The notes beneath the pieces were generated by a model, which was given only the letters and a program-made list of their open reading frames with translations, searched no databases and had not been told where the DNA came from. Below, piece by piece: positions 20,595 through 29,315 of a DNA stretch of 64,000 nucleotides. The position numbers were made by a program, and so were the translations under genes. Source of the DNA: Bacillota bacterium (GTDB lineage Bacteria > Bacillota > Halanaerobiia > Halanaerobiales > M55B127); assembly GCA_051745185.1 (NCBI GenBank), contig JBNJDV010000002.1:7136-71135 (forward strand), written 5' to 3'. How positions within the stretch are numbered: the stretch's first letter is position 1; every line of letters starts with the position of its first letter.

Positions 20595-21938
20595 TTAAAC
20601 TCCTGAAACATCTAAACTTTTAACCACTAAAGATGCAGAACCAAAATGTCCACTACCAGGTAATCCCATTTTGAAATCATTACCGATTAATACTATATCT
20701 TTAAGAAGTTGTAAAAAATTCCCGGATATAGTTATTTGCTCTACAGGTCTTTTTATATCTTTATCTTCAATTAAAAATCCTCTTGCAGATAAAGAAAAAT
20801 CACCCGAAACCTGATTGGCACCAGAATGTAAGCCTTGTACCTCATCAATAATTAAGCCATCTTCAACCTTTTGAACCAATTCTTTGAAACTTATATTACC
20901 CTTCTTGATATACATATTAGTCGGTGAAATTGAAATTCTACTTTTATGTGAACCCCGATAAGCATTACCGGTTGTTTTAACACTGCTTTTTTTAGCAGTT
21001 TTATAGTTATGAAGATAAGTCATCAACTTACCGTCCTTTATTACTTCTTTATACTTTGAAGCTGCTCCTTCTGAATCAAAAGGGGTTCGTCGATAACCCC
21101 TTTCATAAAAGGGATCGTCAATTATATTAACAATGGAATTTGCTACATCCTCATTTAATTTGTCTTTAAAAAGGGAAAGTCCTTTTTGTACATTTTCAGC
21201 AGAAAAAGTTGAACTAAAAGTTGATAACAGGTCAATTACCACTTCATTTTTTAATAATATTTTATAATTGCCTGATTTCACAGGTTCAGAGTTAAATTTT
21301 TTAACCGCATCATTGACAATCTTTTTAGCAAAATCTAGTGCATTTACTTCTTTTAAATTTCTAAATAGTTGATAATGTGCAGCAGTGTGAACTTCACCTT
21401 TATCTTCAACTACTACTGAAATATAGATATAACCGATGTCATTTTCATAATTTAACTGAAGACCTTTACTATTTACTATTCTCTCACCGGTTTTTTCATC
21501 TGCATAAATACAGTAATTTATATTTTTTATTCTTTCATCCAGATTATAGATATTATTTTCAATTTCTTTTAGAAGTTCAATTTTTTCTTCTCTATTATGA
21601 TCATAAATCCCTATTAATTTAGGTAATTTTTCATAAGATTCATTTTGACCAACTATCTCTTCTTCGTCTTCATCCATTATTCGGGCATTATTTTTAGCAT
21701 TATCTATTAATATATCAATAATATCTTCATCTAGTTTTTCTGTATAAGAATAACCCATTTTCCCATCTTTACCTCTAAAAGCTACACCATACTCTTCATT
21801 TTCTTCATAATAATCTACTTTACCCTTATATAATCTTATTTCAAAGTTTTCTGATTCATTTAAATAGACTTCACTGTCTTTAAAATTGCTTTCTTTAGCC
21901 TTATTTAATAGTTTCTGCATAAACTTTTCCTTATTCAT
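20595..21938 (-). CDS. pmbA: TldE/PmbA family metalloprotease subunit
   Basis: 447 aa, homologous in layout to the adjacent TldD but lacking the HExxxH motif. Start and stop overlap tldD as TAATG. Confidence 0.8.
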   Translation of the reverse strand: MNKEKFMQKLLNKAKESNFKDSEVYLNESENFEIRLYKGKVDYYEENEEYGVAFRGKDGKMGYSYTEKLDEDIIDILIDNAKNNARIMDEDEEEIVGQNESYEKLPKLIGIYDHNREEKIELLKEIENNIYNLDERIKNINYCIYADEKTGERIVNSKGLQLNYENDIGYIYISVVVEDKGEVHTAAHYQLFRNLKEVNALDFAKKIVNDAVKKFNSEPVKSGNYKILLKNEVVIDLLSTFSSTFSAENVQKGLSLFKDKLNEDVANSIVNIIDDPFYERGYRRTPFDSEGAASKYKEVIKDGKLMTYLHNYKTAKKSSVKTTGNAYRGSHKSRISISPTNMYIKKGNISFKELVQKVEDGLIIDEVQGLHSGANQVSGDFSLSARGFLIEDKDIKRPVEQITISGNFLQLLKDIVLIGNDFKMGLPGSGHFGSASLVVKSLDVSGV

Positions 21939-23326
21939 TAAGAATTCTCACCTCTTCCACCAACTGTAAGTTCAGAAACCCTCAAGGTTGGCTGCCCAAC
22001 ACCAGCTGGAACATTGCCACTAATTGATCCACACATTCCTTCTGCAACACCTAAATTATTCCCTACTAGATCTATTTTCTTTAATATATCTGCACCTTTA
22101 CCGATTAATGTAGCTCCTCTAACAGGTTTTTTGATTTCTCCATTTTCAATTAAGTATCCTTCTCTTACATTGAAGTTAAATTCACCAGTTGCAGGATTTA
22201 CAGAACCTCCCCCCATATGTTTTGCATAAAGACCTTTTTTAGTTTGACTTATTATTTCTTCTTTTGTTAAGCTGCCGCTTTCAATAAAGGTATTTGTCAT
22301 TCTTGAAGTTGGAGCATATCGATATGACTGTCTTCTCCCTGAACCGGTTGATTTCATATTTAATCTGCGCCCATTTAAGTAATCCACCATATAACTTTTT
22401 AAGATTCCATCTTTTATTAGCACATTTCTTTGTGTTTTATGTCCTTCATCATCAAAATTTTGTGATCCCCAGGCATTAGGTATTGTTCCGTCATCTACAG
22501 CAGTTACTACTTCACTGGCTATTTTTTCATCTATCTTCCCAGCAAATACTGAATTATTTTTAGCTACAGAAGTCGCCTCAAGTCCGTGTCCACAAGCTTC
22601 ATGAAATATTACACCACCAAACTTATTATCGATAATTACCGGCATTTTACCCTGAGGAGCAAAACCAGCATTTATCATTGTGACAGCCATTCTAGCTGCA
22701 TCTTCTGCAAGATTTTTTATGTTTATTTGATCAAAATATTCATATCCCATATGAGCCCCAGGACCTAAATATCCAGTTTGTTTTTCTCCCTTATGAGTAG
22801 CAATTGCCTGGATACCCATTCTAACTCTTGTTCTTTGATCTTCAACAAATACTCCATCTGAATTAGCAATTTGAACGTTTTGTGTATAATCTGAAAGGCC
22901 TACAACAACTTGTGTTATTAATTCATCATATTCTTCAGCAGCTTTATATGCCCTTTTTATTAAGTTAACCTTTTCACCCTGTCCTACATTAGAAGGATAT
23001 ATCTTAACTGGGTGTAAATTATTATAGTCTTCATAACTGAGACTAATACTATCTTTGTCAATTTTATCGAACATTGATGCTGCTTTTTTGGCAAGTTTTA
23101 AGAGGTTTTTTTTATCATCATTATTAGTATATACATAAATTTCATTTGTGTCTTTAATTACCCTAATTCCTATACCATAATCAATGCCCGTGTTAGCACT
23201 ATCAATTTTACCGTTTACTAAATTAATGGAGTTAGTAATTTTATCTTCCACAAAAATTTCAGCAAAATCTCCTCCATTGATTAGTGCGGTACTTAAAACA
23301 TTTTCAATTACGCTTTTTGTTAACAT
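21938..23326 (-). CDS. tldD: TldD family metalloprotease
   Basis: 462 aa with the HEACGHGLE metal site and the C-terminal GMCGSISG stretch typical of TldD. Confidence 0.85.
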   Translation of the reverse strand: MLTKSVIENVLSTALINGGDFAEIFVEDKITNSINLVNGKIDSANTGIDYGIGIRVIKDTNEIYVYTNNDDKKNLLKLAKKAASMFDKIDKDSISLSYEDYNNLHPVKIYPSNVGQGEKVNLIKRAYKAAEEYDELITQVVVGLSDYTQNVQIANSDGVFVEDQRTRVRMGIQAIATHKGEKQTGYLGPGAHMGYEYFDQINIKNLAEDAARMAVTMINAGFAPQGKMPVIIDNKFGGVIFHEACGHGLEATSVAKNNSVFAGKIDEKIASEVVTAVDDGTIPNAWGSQNFDDEGHKTQRNVLIKDGILKSYMVDYLNGRRLNMKSTGSGRRQSYRYAPTSRMTNTFIESGSLTKEEIISQTKKGLYAKHMGGGSVNPATGEFNFNVREGYLIENGEIKKPVRGATLIGKGADILKKIDLVGNNLGVAEGMCGSISGNVPAGVGQPTLRVSELTVGGRGENS

Positions 23327-23399
23327 CTAATAACTCCTCTCTTTAATCTATTCTATTGTTATATATTAATTAAAGAAGTAACTTTTTCCTGCTTTATAC

Positions 23400-23426
23400 A
23401 AAAAACCGCTCCCTTAATAAGAGCGG
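23400..23426 (-). terminator. Rho-independent terminator after coaBC
   Basis: On the minus strand: CCGCTC, loop TTATTAAGG, GAGCGG, then TTTTTT. Confidence 0.65.
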
Positions 23427-23441
23427 TAATTTATTATGAAA

Positions 23442-24617
23442 TTATTTTAAAGCATCTAATATTTTATCAGCTATTACCTCTTTTAATGACCTTTCAATAT
23501 TTAGCTGGGTATTATTGGTTAAAATCACAACTTCACTTTGATTACTTCCAAATATATCGTTATTTTTAATATCATTTGCTACAACCATGTCTAATTTCTT
23601 TGTTTTTAATTTACTTTTTGCATTTTCAATTAAATTTTCGCTCTCTGCAGCAAATCCAACTAATTTTTGATTAGCTGTAATTTTTTTACTTAATTCACTT
23701 AAAATATCCTTTGTACGTTTTAACTTAATAGTTAGATTATCTTCGTTAGCTTTTTTTATTTTGTTTTCAGATATATTTTTTGGTGTAAAGTCAGCAACTG
23801 CTGCAGCCATTATTATGATATCAAAGTCTTGATAACAGTCCATCACCTGTTCATATAATTGTTCAGCAGAATTGATTTTAATAAAGTTTACACCGATTGG
23901 TGGTTGGATCTCTGTTGGTCCTGAAATTAATGTAACTTCTGCACCCCGATATGCAGCCTTTTTGGCAAGTGCAAAACCGGTCTTGCCGCTAGAATTATTA
24001 GTTATATAACGTACTGGATCAATAGTTTCTCTCGTCGGTCCTGCAGTTATTAAAATTCTTTTATCCTCTAAATCTTTTTTAGTAAGTTCTTTATAAATGT
24101 ATTCCAACAATACTTCAGGTTCAGGAAGTCTACCTTTCCCGGTATAGCCACATGCTAACATACCTTCAGAAGGTGCTATAAATTTATATCCTTTTTCTTT
24201 TAGATATGAGATATTATCCTGAACTATTGAGTTATTATACATATTTACATTCATCGCTGGAGCTATTAAAACAGGTGCTCTTACTGCAGTTATAATTGTA
24301 GATAACAAGTCATCTGCAATACCATTGGCAACCTTACCTATAATATTTGCAGTAGCTGGTCCTAATAAAACTAAATCAGTCTTGTCTGCAAGAGATATAT
24401 GTTTAACTTCATGTTTTTCAGGTTCAGTGAAAAGATCAGTTTCTACAGGTAGGCCGGTAATAGCTCTAAAAGTGGTTGGTGTAATAAACTTTTGTGCAGA
24501 TTCAGTCATTACAACATGAACATCATGACCTTCTTTGGTCAAACTACTTGCTACATGTGCCATCTTATATGCGGCTATCCCTCCAGATAAACCCAGTAAA
24601 ATGCTTTTTTTATCCAC
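23442..24617 (-). CDS. coaBC: Bifunctional phosphopantothenoylcysteine decarboxylase / synthetase
   Basis: 391 aa with an N-terminal flavoprotein domain (GLSGGIAAYK) and a C-terminal CoaB domain. GTG start, with its AGGAGG inside the gmk 3' end. Confidence 0.9.
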   Translation of the reverse strand: MDKKSILLGLSGGIAAYKMAHVASSLTKEGHDVHVVMTESAQKFITPTTFRAITGLPVETDLFTEPEKHEVKHISLADKTDLVLLGPATANIIGKVANGIADDLLSTIITAVRAPVLIAPAMNVNMYNNSIVQDNISYLKEKGYKFIAPSEGMLACGYTGKGRLPEPEVLLEYIYKELTKKDLEDKRILITAGPTRETIDPVRYITNNSSGKTGFALAKKAAYRGAEVTLISGPTEIQPPIGVNFIKINSAEQLYEQVMDCYQDFDIIIMAAAVADFTPKNISENKIKKANEDNLTIKLKRTKDILSELSKKITANQKLVGFAAESENLIENAKSKLKTKKLDMVVANDIKNNDIFGSNQSEVVILTNNTQLNIERSLKEVIADKILDALK

Positions 24618-24619
24618 GT

Positions 24620-25201
24620 TTAACTATTCCCTCCTATCTTTTTAGCCCTCTCTTTTTCAATTACTTCTTCAACCTTTTTTACAGTTGTATGTAATTTATC
24701 ATTAACAATTTTATAATCATAATTTTTCATATCTTGAATTTCATCACTTGCATTCTTTAAACGAATCCTTAAACTTTCCTCAGTTTCAGAATCTCTTTTT
24801 TCAAGTCTATTTTTTAGTTCTTCATAATTAGGAGGTAATAAAAATATGTAAACAGCATCTTTAAACTTATCTCTAATTTGTTTTGCACCCTGGATATCAA
24901 TTTCAAGTATGATGTCTTCTCCACTTTTTAAACATTCTTCTACATAATTGCGTGGTGTACCGTAATAATTACCATGAACACAAGCTGTTTCAATAAACTC
25001 ATTATTTTTTTTCATTTTTCCAAATTTATCTTTACTAATAAAAAAATAATCCACACCATCAATTTCACCTTCACGGGGTTTTCTTGTGGTTGCAGATACA
25101 GAATATTTTATATTTTTATAGTCTTTCATTAATTGGTCTAATACAGTGCCTTTCCCAACCCCAGATGGTCCGGAAAGTACAAAAAGAATTCCCCTTTGCA
25201 T
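24620..25201 (-). CDS. gmk: Guanylate kinase
   Basis: Motifs LSGPSGVGKGT and TTRKPREGE. Confidence 0.92.
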   Translation of the reverse strand: MQRGILFVLSGPSGVGKGTVLDQLMKDYKNIKYSVSATTRKPREGEIDGVDYFFISKDKFGKMKKNNEFIETACVHGNYYGTPRNYVEECLKSGEDIILEIDIQGAKQIRDKFKDAVYIFLLPPNYEELKNRLEKRDSETEESLRIRLKNASDEIQDMKNYDYKIVNDKLHTTVKKVEEVIEKERAKKIGGNS

Positions 25202-25220
25202 AATATCACTTCCTAATCAT

Positions 25221-25481
25221 TTACTTATCATTTTTTTCTTTACTATCATCTAAACGATGTGAAACTGTTTCCGGTTGAATAGCTGATAATACAACATGAT
25301 CACTATCTGTAATTATTACTGCTCTGGTTCTACGACCATATGTAGCATCTATTAACATACCACTTTCTCTTGCTTCCTGTATAATCCTTTTTATTGGAGC
25401 AGATTCAGGGCTTACAACAGCAATCACTCTATTTGCTGCAACAATATTTCCAAACCCTATATTTATTAAATTAACATTCAT
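25221..25481 (-). CDS. remA: RemA/YlzA (DUF370) DNA-binding regulator
   Basis: 86 aa. [28 protein letters not shown]...[15 protein letters not shown] is the characteristic RemA sequence. Its position upstream of gmk matches B. subtilis. Confidence 0.88.
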   Translation of the reverse strand: MNVNLINIGFGNIVAANRVIAVVSPESAPIKRIIQEARESGMLIDATYGRRTRAVIITDSDHVVLSAIQPETVSHRLDDSKEKNDK

Positions 25482-25540
25482 GAAATTATCCCCCTTTATA
25501 CTTATTAACTATGTAATTATAATTATTTTCTATTTTAATT

Positions 25541-25569
25541 ATAATATCATAGAATGATTTATTTAACAA
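25541..25569 (-). promoter_or_regulatory. Candidate sigma-A promoter for remA-gmk-coaBC
   Basis: On the minus strand: TTGTTA (25564-25569), a 17-nt spacer, then TATTAT (25541-25546). Confidence 0.35.
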
Positions 25570-25613
25570 GGATTTTAGGCTATCTATCAACTAGTTTAGC
25601 CTATTTAATTATT

Positions 25614-25642
25614 TTGACTAAATATGATTTATAATTTATACT
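25614..25642 (+). promoter_or_regulatory. Candidate sigma-A promoter for rqcH
   Basis: TTGACT (25614-25619), a 17-nt spacer, then TATACT (25637-25642), about 50 nt before the ATG. Confidence 0.45.
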
Positions 25643-25691
25643 ATTAGTATAACTACAAGATGAAATTATATGTTTTTTGGAGGTATTAATT

Positions 25692-27431
25692 ATGTCAATA
25701 GATGGAATATTATTATCAGCAATTAAAACAAATTTAATTAATAAACTTAAAGGTGGAAGAATTGATAAAATATATCAACCAGATAAAAGAACAATAACTA
25801 TAACTGTAAGAAATAATAACTATAATCATAAACTTCTAATCAGCTCTGATTCAAGAGAAGCAAGATTACAAATCACAGAATTTGATTTTGAAAACCCAAG
25901 TTATCCACCCGATTTTTGTATGGTGCTTAGAAAATATCTTATAAGAGGCATTATTAAAGATATTTCACAACCTGATTTTGAAAGGATTTTGGAATTTAAA
26001 ATTGAAAGTTACAATAAAATATACCACCTCATCATAGAAATTATGGGCAGATATAATAATATAATATTAATAAATGATAATAATTTAGTTCTAGATGCAA
26101 TTACCAGACTAACTAATCAAGGGAAAAGAGATATTCATCCTGGAAGTATATATGAATATCCTCCTAGTCAAGATAAACTAAATCCACTCAATGTAAATTA
26201 TGATACTTTCTTCAATCAAATACCCTCTAATTTTGACAAAAAGGTGTATCAAGCAGTTATGTACAACTTTAGGGGAATTGGTCCTGCTTCAAGCAAAGAA
26301 ATCGCTTATAGGGCTAATATAGACCATAATGAAAAATACAATGAATTAGAACAATCAAATAAAGATTCCCTTTTTGAAAGTTTTGATAATATCTTTGATA
26401 ATTTAAAAAATAATAAATTTAATCCTGTGATAGGATATAAAAATAATGAAATTGAATACTATTCGGCTTTTAAGTTAAACTACAAACCTAATATTGACAA
26501 AGTGATAGAATTTGAAGATACAGATAAGTTATTTGACTATTACTATGAACACTACCTAAAAGATATTGAAGTAAAAGAAAAAAAGAATAAATTAAACGGT
26601 ATTGTAAAGGGTTTTCTAAATAAAAACATTAAAAAACAAGATGAATTTAAAAAAGATTTAAAACAAAACAAAAACTTTGAACTTTTCAAACAAATTGGTG
26701 AGCTAATCAAAGCAAACCTACATCAAATTAAAAAAGGTGACCAAAGTATTAAATTAACTAACTACTATAGCCAAAATCAAGAAGAAATAAAAATTGACCT
26801 AGATCCAAAAATTACACCAATTGAAAACGCACAAAAATACTTTAAAAAATACCAAAAAGCTAAAAAGAGTCTTTCACATCTAAAAAGGCAGATTGGAAAG
26901 TTACGGCATGAAGAAAAATATTTAGATCAAATTCTTTACAATATTGAACAAGCAAGTAACCTTGATGAATTAAATGAAATTGAAAGTGAGCTGAAGGAAG
27001 AAGGATATATTAAAGAAAATAAACAAAAGAAGAATAAAAATAACAAAAAACTTCCGCCATATAAATATATTAGCTCTGATAACTATCAAATTTTAATAGG
27101 TAGAAATAATAAACAAAATGATAAGTTGACTAAATATATCGCAAATAAAGGTGATATCTGGTTACATACCAAAAAAATAGCTGGTTCACATGTCATAATA
27201 AGAAATCATACAAATGATGAAGTACCAGAAAGTACAATTTTAGAAGCAGCTAAACTAGCGGCATATTTTAGTAAAGCAAAAGAATCAAAAAATGTCCCGA
27301 TTGATTTTACTCCAGTTGAAAATGTAAATAAACCTAAGGGGGCAAAACCTGGTCTAGTCTATTATGAAAAATATCAGACTGTTTATGTTGACCCAGCTTC
27401 TAAAGAGGTGATTAAAAAAGTTGAAAAATAA
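25692..27431 (+). CDS. rqcH: Ribosome quality control factor RqcH (NFACT / FbpA / YloA family)
   Basis: MSIDGILL... forms the NFACT-N domain, followed by a Lys-rich coiled-coil middle and the NFACT-R motif DIWLHTKKIAGSHVII. GGAGG lies 8 nt before the ATG at 25692; the track TTG at 25677 is an over-extension. Confidence 0.88.
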   Translation: MSIDGILLSAIKTNLINKLKGGRIDKIYQPDKRTITITVRNNNYNHKLLISSDSREARLQITEFDFENPSYPPDFCMVLRKYLIRGIIKDISQPDFERILEFKIESYNKIYHLIIEIMGRYNNIILINDNNLVLDAITRLTNQGKRDIHPGSIYEYPPSQDKLNPLNVNYDTFFNQIPSNFDKKVYQAVMYNFRGIGPASSKEIAYRANIDHNEKYNELEQSNKDSLFESFDNIFDNLKNNKFNPVIGYKNNEIEYYSAFKLNYKPNIDKVIEFEDTDKLFDYYYEHYLKDIEVKEKKNKLNGIVKGFLNKNIKKQDEFKKDLKQNKNFELFKQIGELIKANLHQIKKGDQSIKLTNYYSQNQEEIKIDLDPKITPIENAQKYFKKYQKAKKSLSHLKRQIGKLRHEEKYLDQILYNIEQASNLDELNEIESELKEEGYIKENKQKKNKNNKKLPPYKYISSDNYQILIGRNNKQNDKLTKYIANKGDIWLHTKKIAGSHVIIRNHTNDEVPESTILEAAKLAAYFSKAKESKNVPIDFTPVENVNKPKGAKPGLVYYEKYQTVYVDPASKEVIKKVEK

Positions 27432-29253
27432 ATTTGTTTTTATAACAATAATTTTGATTTTATTAACTTTTGTCTTTACAAGCAGTATACAAGCTGAACT
27501 TTCAAGAATAAATGTTAATAAAGATATGTATTTAGTTGAAAACTTTGATCGATTTAAATCAGTGGAATCTCCCAAACTTGCATTAGCTTTAAGCGGTGGT
27601 GGAGCAAGAGGTTTTGTAAATCTAGGAGTAATTAAAGCACTGGATGAAGAAGGGATTTATCCAGATATTATAATTGGATCAAGTATGGGAGGTATTATTA
27701 GTACTCTTTATGGAAGTGGTCTTGACTATGGAAGTATAGAAACTATAATCACAACATTACCTTATAGAACATTATTTGATATAAATTTAATTCCAGTCTA
27801 TTCAGTATTTCAAACTGATAAACTAAATTATTTTTTAGAATTAATTTCACCATATGATAGAATAGAAAATTTCCCTATTAAAACAGCATTGCTCACTTTT
27901 GATTTGGACAGCGGCTATAAGTATATTGCTAGTGAAGGAAAAATATCAGAAGTACTTCAAAGCACCTATTCTATTCCTTTTTACTATCCAGTACACAAAA
28001 GTAAGGGTAGACATCTCATAGATCCTGGGATAGTCGAAATGGTGCCAGCTAAGGCTGCAAGAGCATTAACTGCTGATATTGTAATTTCAACTACAGCCTT
28101 TGATGAACTACCTTATGATACTTATAAATACCCCTTACAATCCTTATTTAGAATGCTGCTTTTAGTTCAACAAAGAAATGCACAACCAATTTTAGAAGAT
28201 TATTCAGATATAATTGTAGATAATGATGTTAGTGATTTTGATTTTAAAGACTTTGATAAGGTAGAAAGATTTATAGAAATCGGCTATAATAATACTAAAA
28301 AAATGATGCCTGAAATTAAGAGGGTTCTAAAAGAAAAAAATTACAAAACAACTAAACCTAATTTTATAAAACTTGATGAACTGTATTTTGAAAATCTATA
28401 TACAGATATTCTTTTTGATAGAATTATCTATCCTGATAGCAACTTTAAGTATCTCTTGTATTATTTTAACAGTCAATCCTTTTTCGAACAGGAACTCTTT
28501 AGAAAGTTGGTTTATGACTTTCATTATGGTTTCTTCTTTGAAAAATCACATTTTCAACTAAAAACTCTCTTTGATGTTGATAAAGATAGGCATACAGAAA
28601 CGATGTTAAGGTATAAAAAACTAACAGAAAATACCGACCTAACATTAAAATTAAAAAACAATACTCAATTTAATAGTATCGATTATATAAGTGAATTAAA
28701 ATATTTTATTAAAAACTCATCAGTTTCAGTTGGCGTTGCAAATTTAAATTTAGAAAATTATTACTATCTAAATAATGACGTCCAACTTGAGGGTAGTAAA
28801 GTTGACTTTCAAAACAATCTAGACTTACTGTTACACAATACTAAAAAACCACAAATAATAAATTCTAGTCTAATCAACTATGTTATTAACAGACGTTGGA
28901 AGTATACAAATAAATTTATATATACAAATACTGATTTATTAGGTAATCCAGATATTTTTAGAGGTATTGATAGAGAAAGCAAAGAAAAAACTTCTATATC
29001 AACAGCTTTAACGTATAATGTCCCTTTTAGTGAGTCGCCAGAATTACTTTACTTCTTTTCATTAGAACAGCTTAATCCATCAATCTTTTTGGATATCGAA
29101 TCAACTGAAGATTTAAATTATGCTTTTGGAATAAACTTTAATATGGTTTCTTCAATTATGGGGCTTAAACCATTAAACATTGATTTGAGTTCAGCTTATG
29201 ATGCAAATTCTGGTAACCTAGTTTATAATTTTTCAGTAGATGTTAAATTTTAA
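27421..29253 (+). CDS. Secreted patatin-like phospholipase fused to a putative C-terminal outer-membrane beta-barrel (type Vd autotransporter-like)
   Basis: TTG start 9 nt after GAGGTGA. Signal-peptide-like MKNKFVFITIILILLTFVFTSSIQA. Patatin motifs SGGGARG, GSSMG and IDPG. The C-terminal ~300 aa is rich in alternating-hydrophobic strands and ends LVYNFSVDVKF. Confidence 0.7.
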   Translation: MKNKFVFITIILILLTFVFTSSIQAELSRINVNKDMYLVENFDRFKSVESPKLALALSGGGARGFVNLGVIKALDEEGIYPDIIIGSSMGGIISTLYGSGLDYGSIETIITTLPYRTLFDINLIPVYSVFQTDKLNYFLELISPYDRIENFPIKTALLTFDLDSGYKYIASEGKISEVLQSTYSIPFYYPVHKSKGRHLIDPGIVEMVPAKAARALTADIVISTTAFDELPYDTYKYPLQSLFRMLLLVQQRNAQPILEDYSDIIVDNDVSDFDFKDFDKVERFIEIGYNNTKKMMPEIKRVLKEKNYKTTKPNFIKLDELYFENLYTDILFDRIIYPDSNFKYLLYYFNSQSFFEQELFRKLVYDFHYGFFFEKSHFQLKTLFDVDKDRHTETMLRYKKLTENTDLTLKLKNNTQFNSIDYISELKYFIKNSSVSVGVANLNLENYYYLNNDVQLEGSKVDFQNNLDLLLHNTKKPQIINSSLINYVINRRWKYTNKFIYTNTDLLGNPDIFRGIDRESKEKTSISTALTYNVPFSESPELLYFFSLEQLNPSIFLDIESTEDLNYAFGINFNMVSSIMGLKPLNIDLSSAYDANSGNLVYNFSVDVKF

Positions 29254-29260
29254 AAAGTTA

Positions 29261-29289
29261 AATGCCCTCATCAAAAAAACGAGGGCATT
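29261..29289. terminator. Bidirectional hairpin terminator between the patatin gene and the convergent EF-G paralog
   Basis: AATGCCCTC (29261-29269), an 11-nt A-rich loop, then GAGGGCATT (29281-29289). It is T-rich downstream on the plus strand, and the loop reads TTTTTTT on the minus strand. Confidence 0.55.
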
Positions 29290-29315
29290 TCTATATTATA
29301 TATTGTTTTCTAATC

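Noticed and set aside
24610-24618. DnaA-box-like 9-mers: TTATCCACG at 24610-24618 and TTATCCACC at 46273-46281.
   Set aside because: They are single, isolated 8/9 matches inside coding sequence, with no cluster and no AT-rich unwinding element. Chance occurrence is expected, so this is not an origin.
27421-29253. Interpreting the patatin protein as an ordinary cytosolic RssA-type lipase.
   Set aside because: It has a hydrophobic signal-like N-terminus, a ~300-aa C-terminal extension with beta-strand periodicity, and a terminal aromatic beta-signal. These argue for export and membrane insertion.
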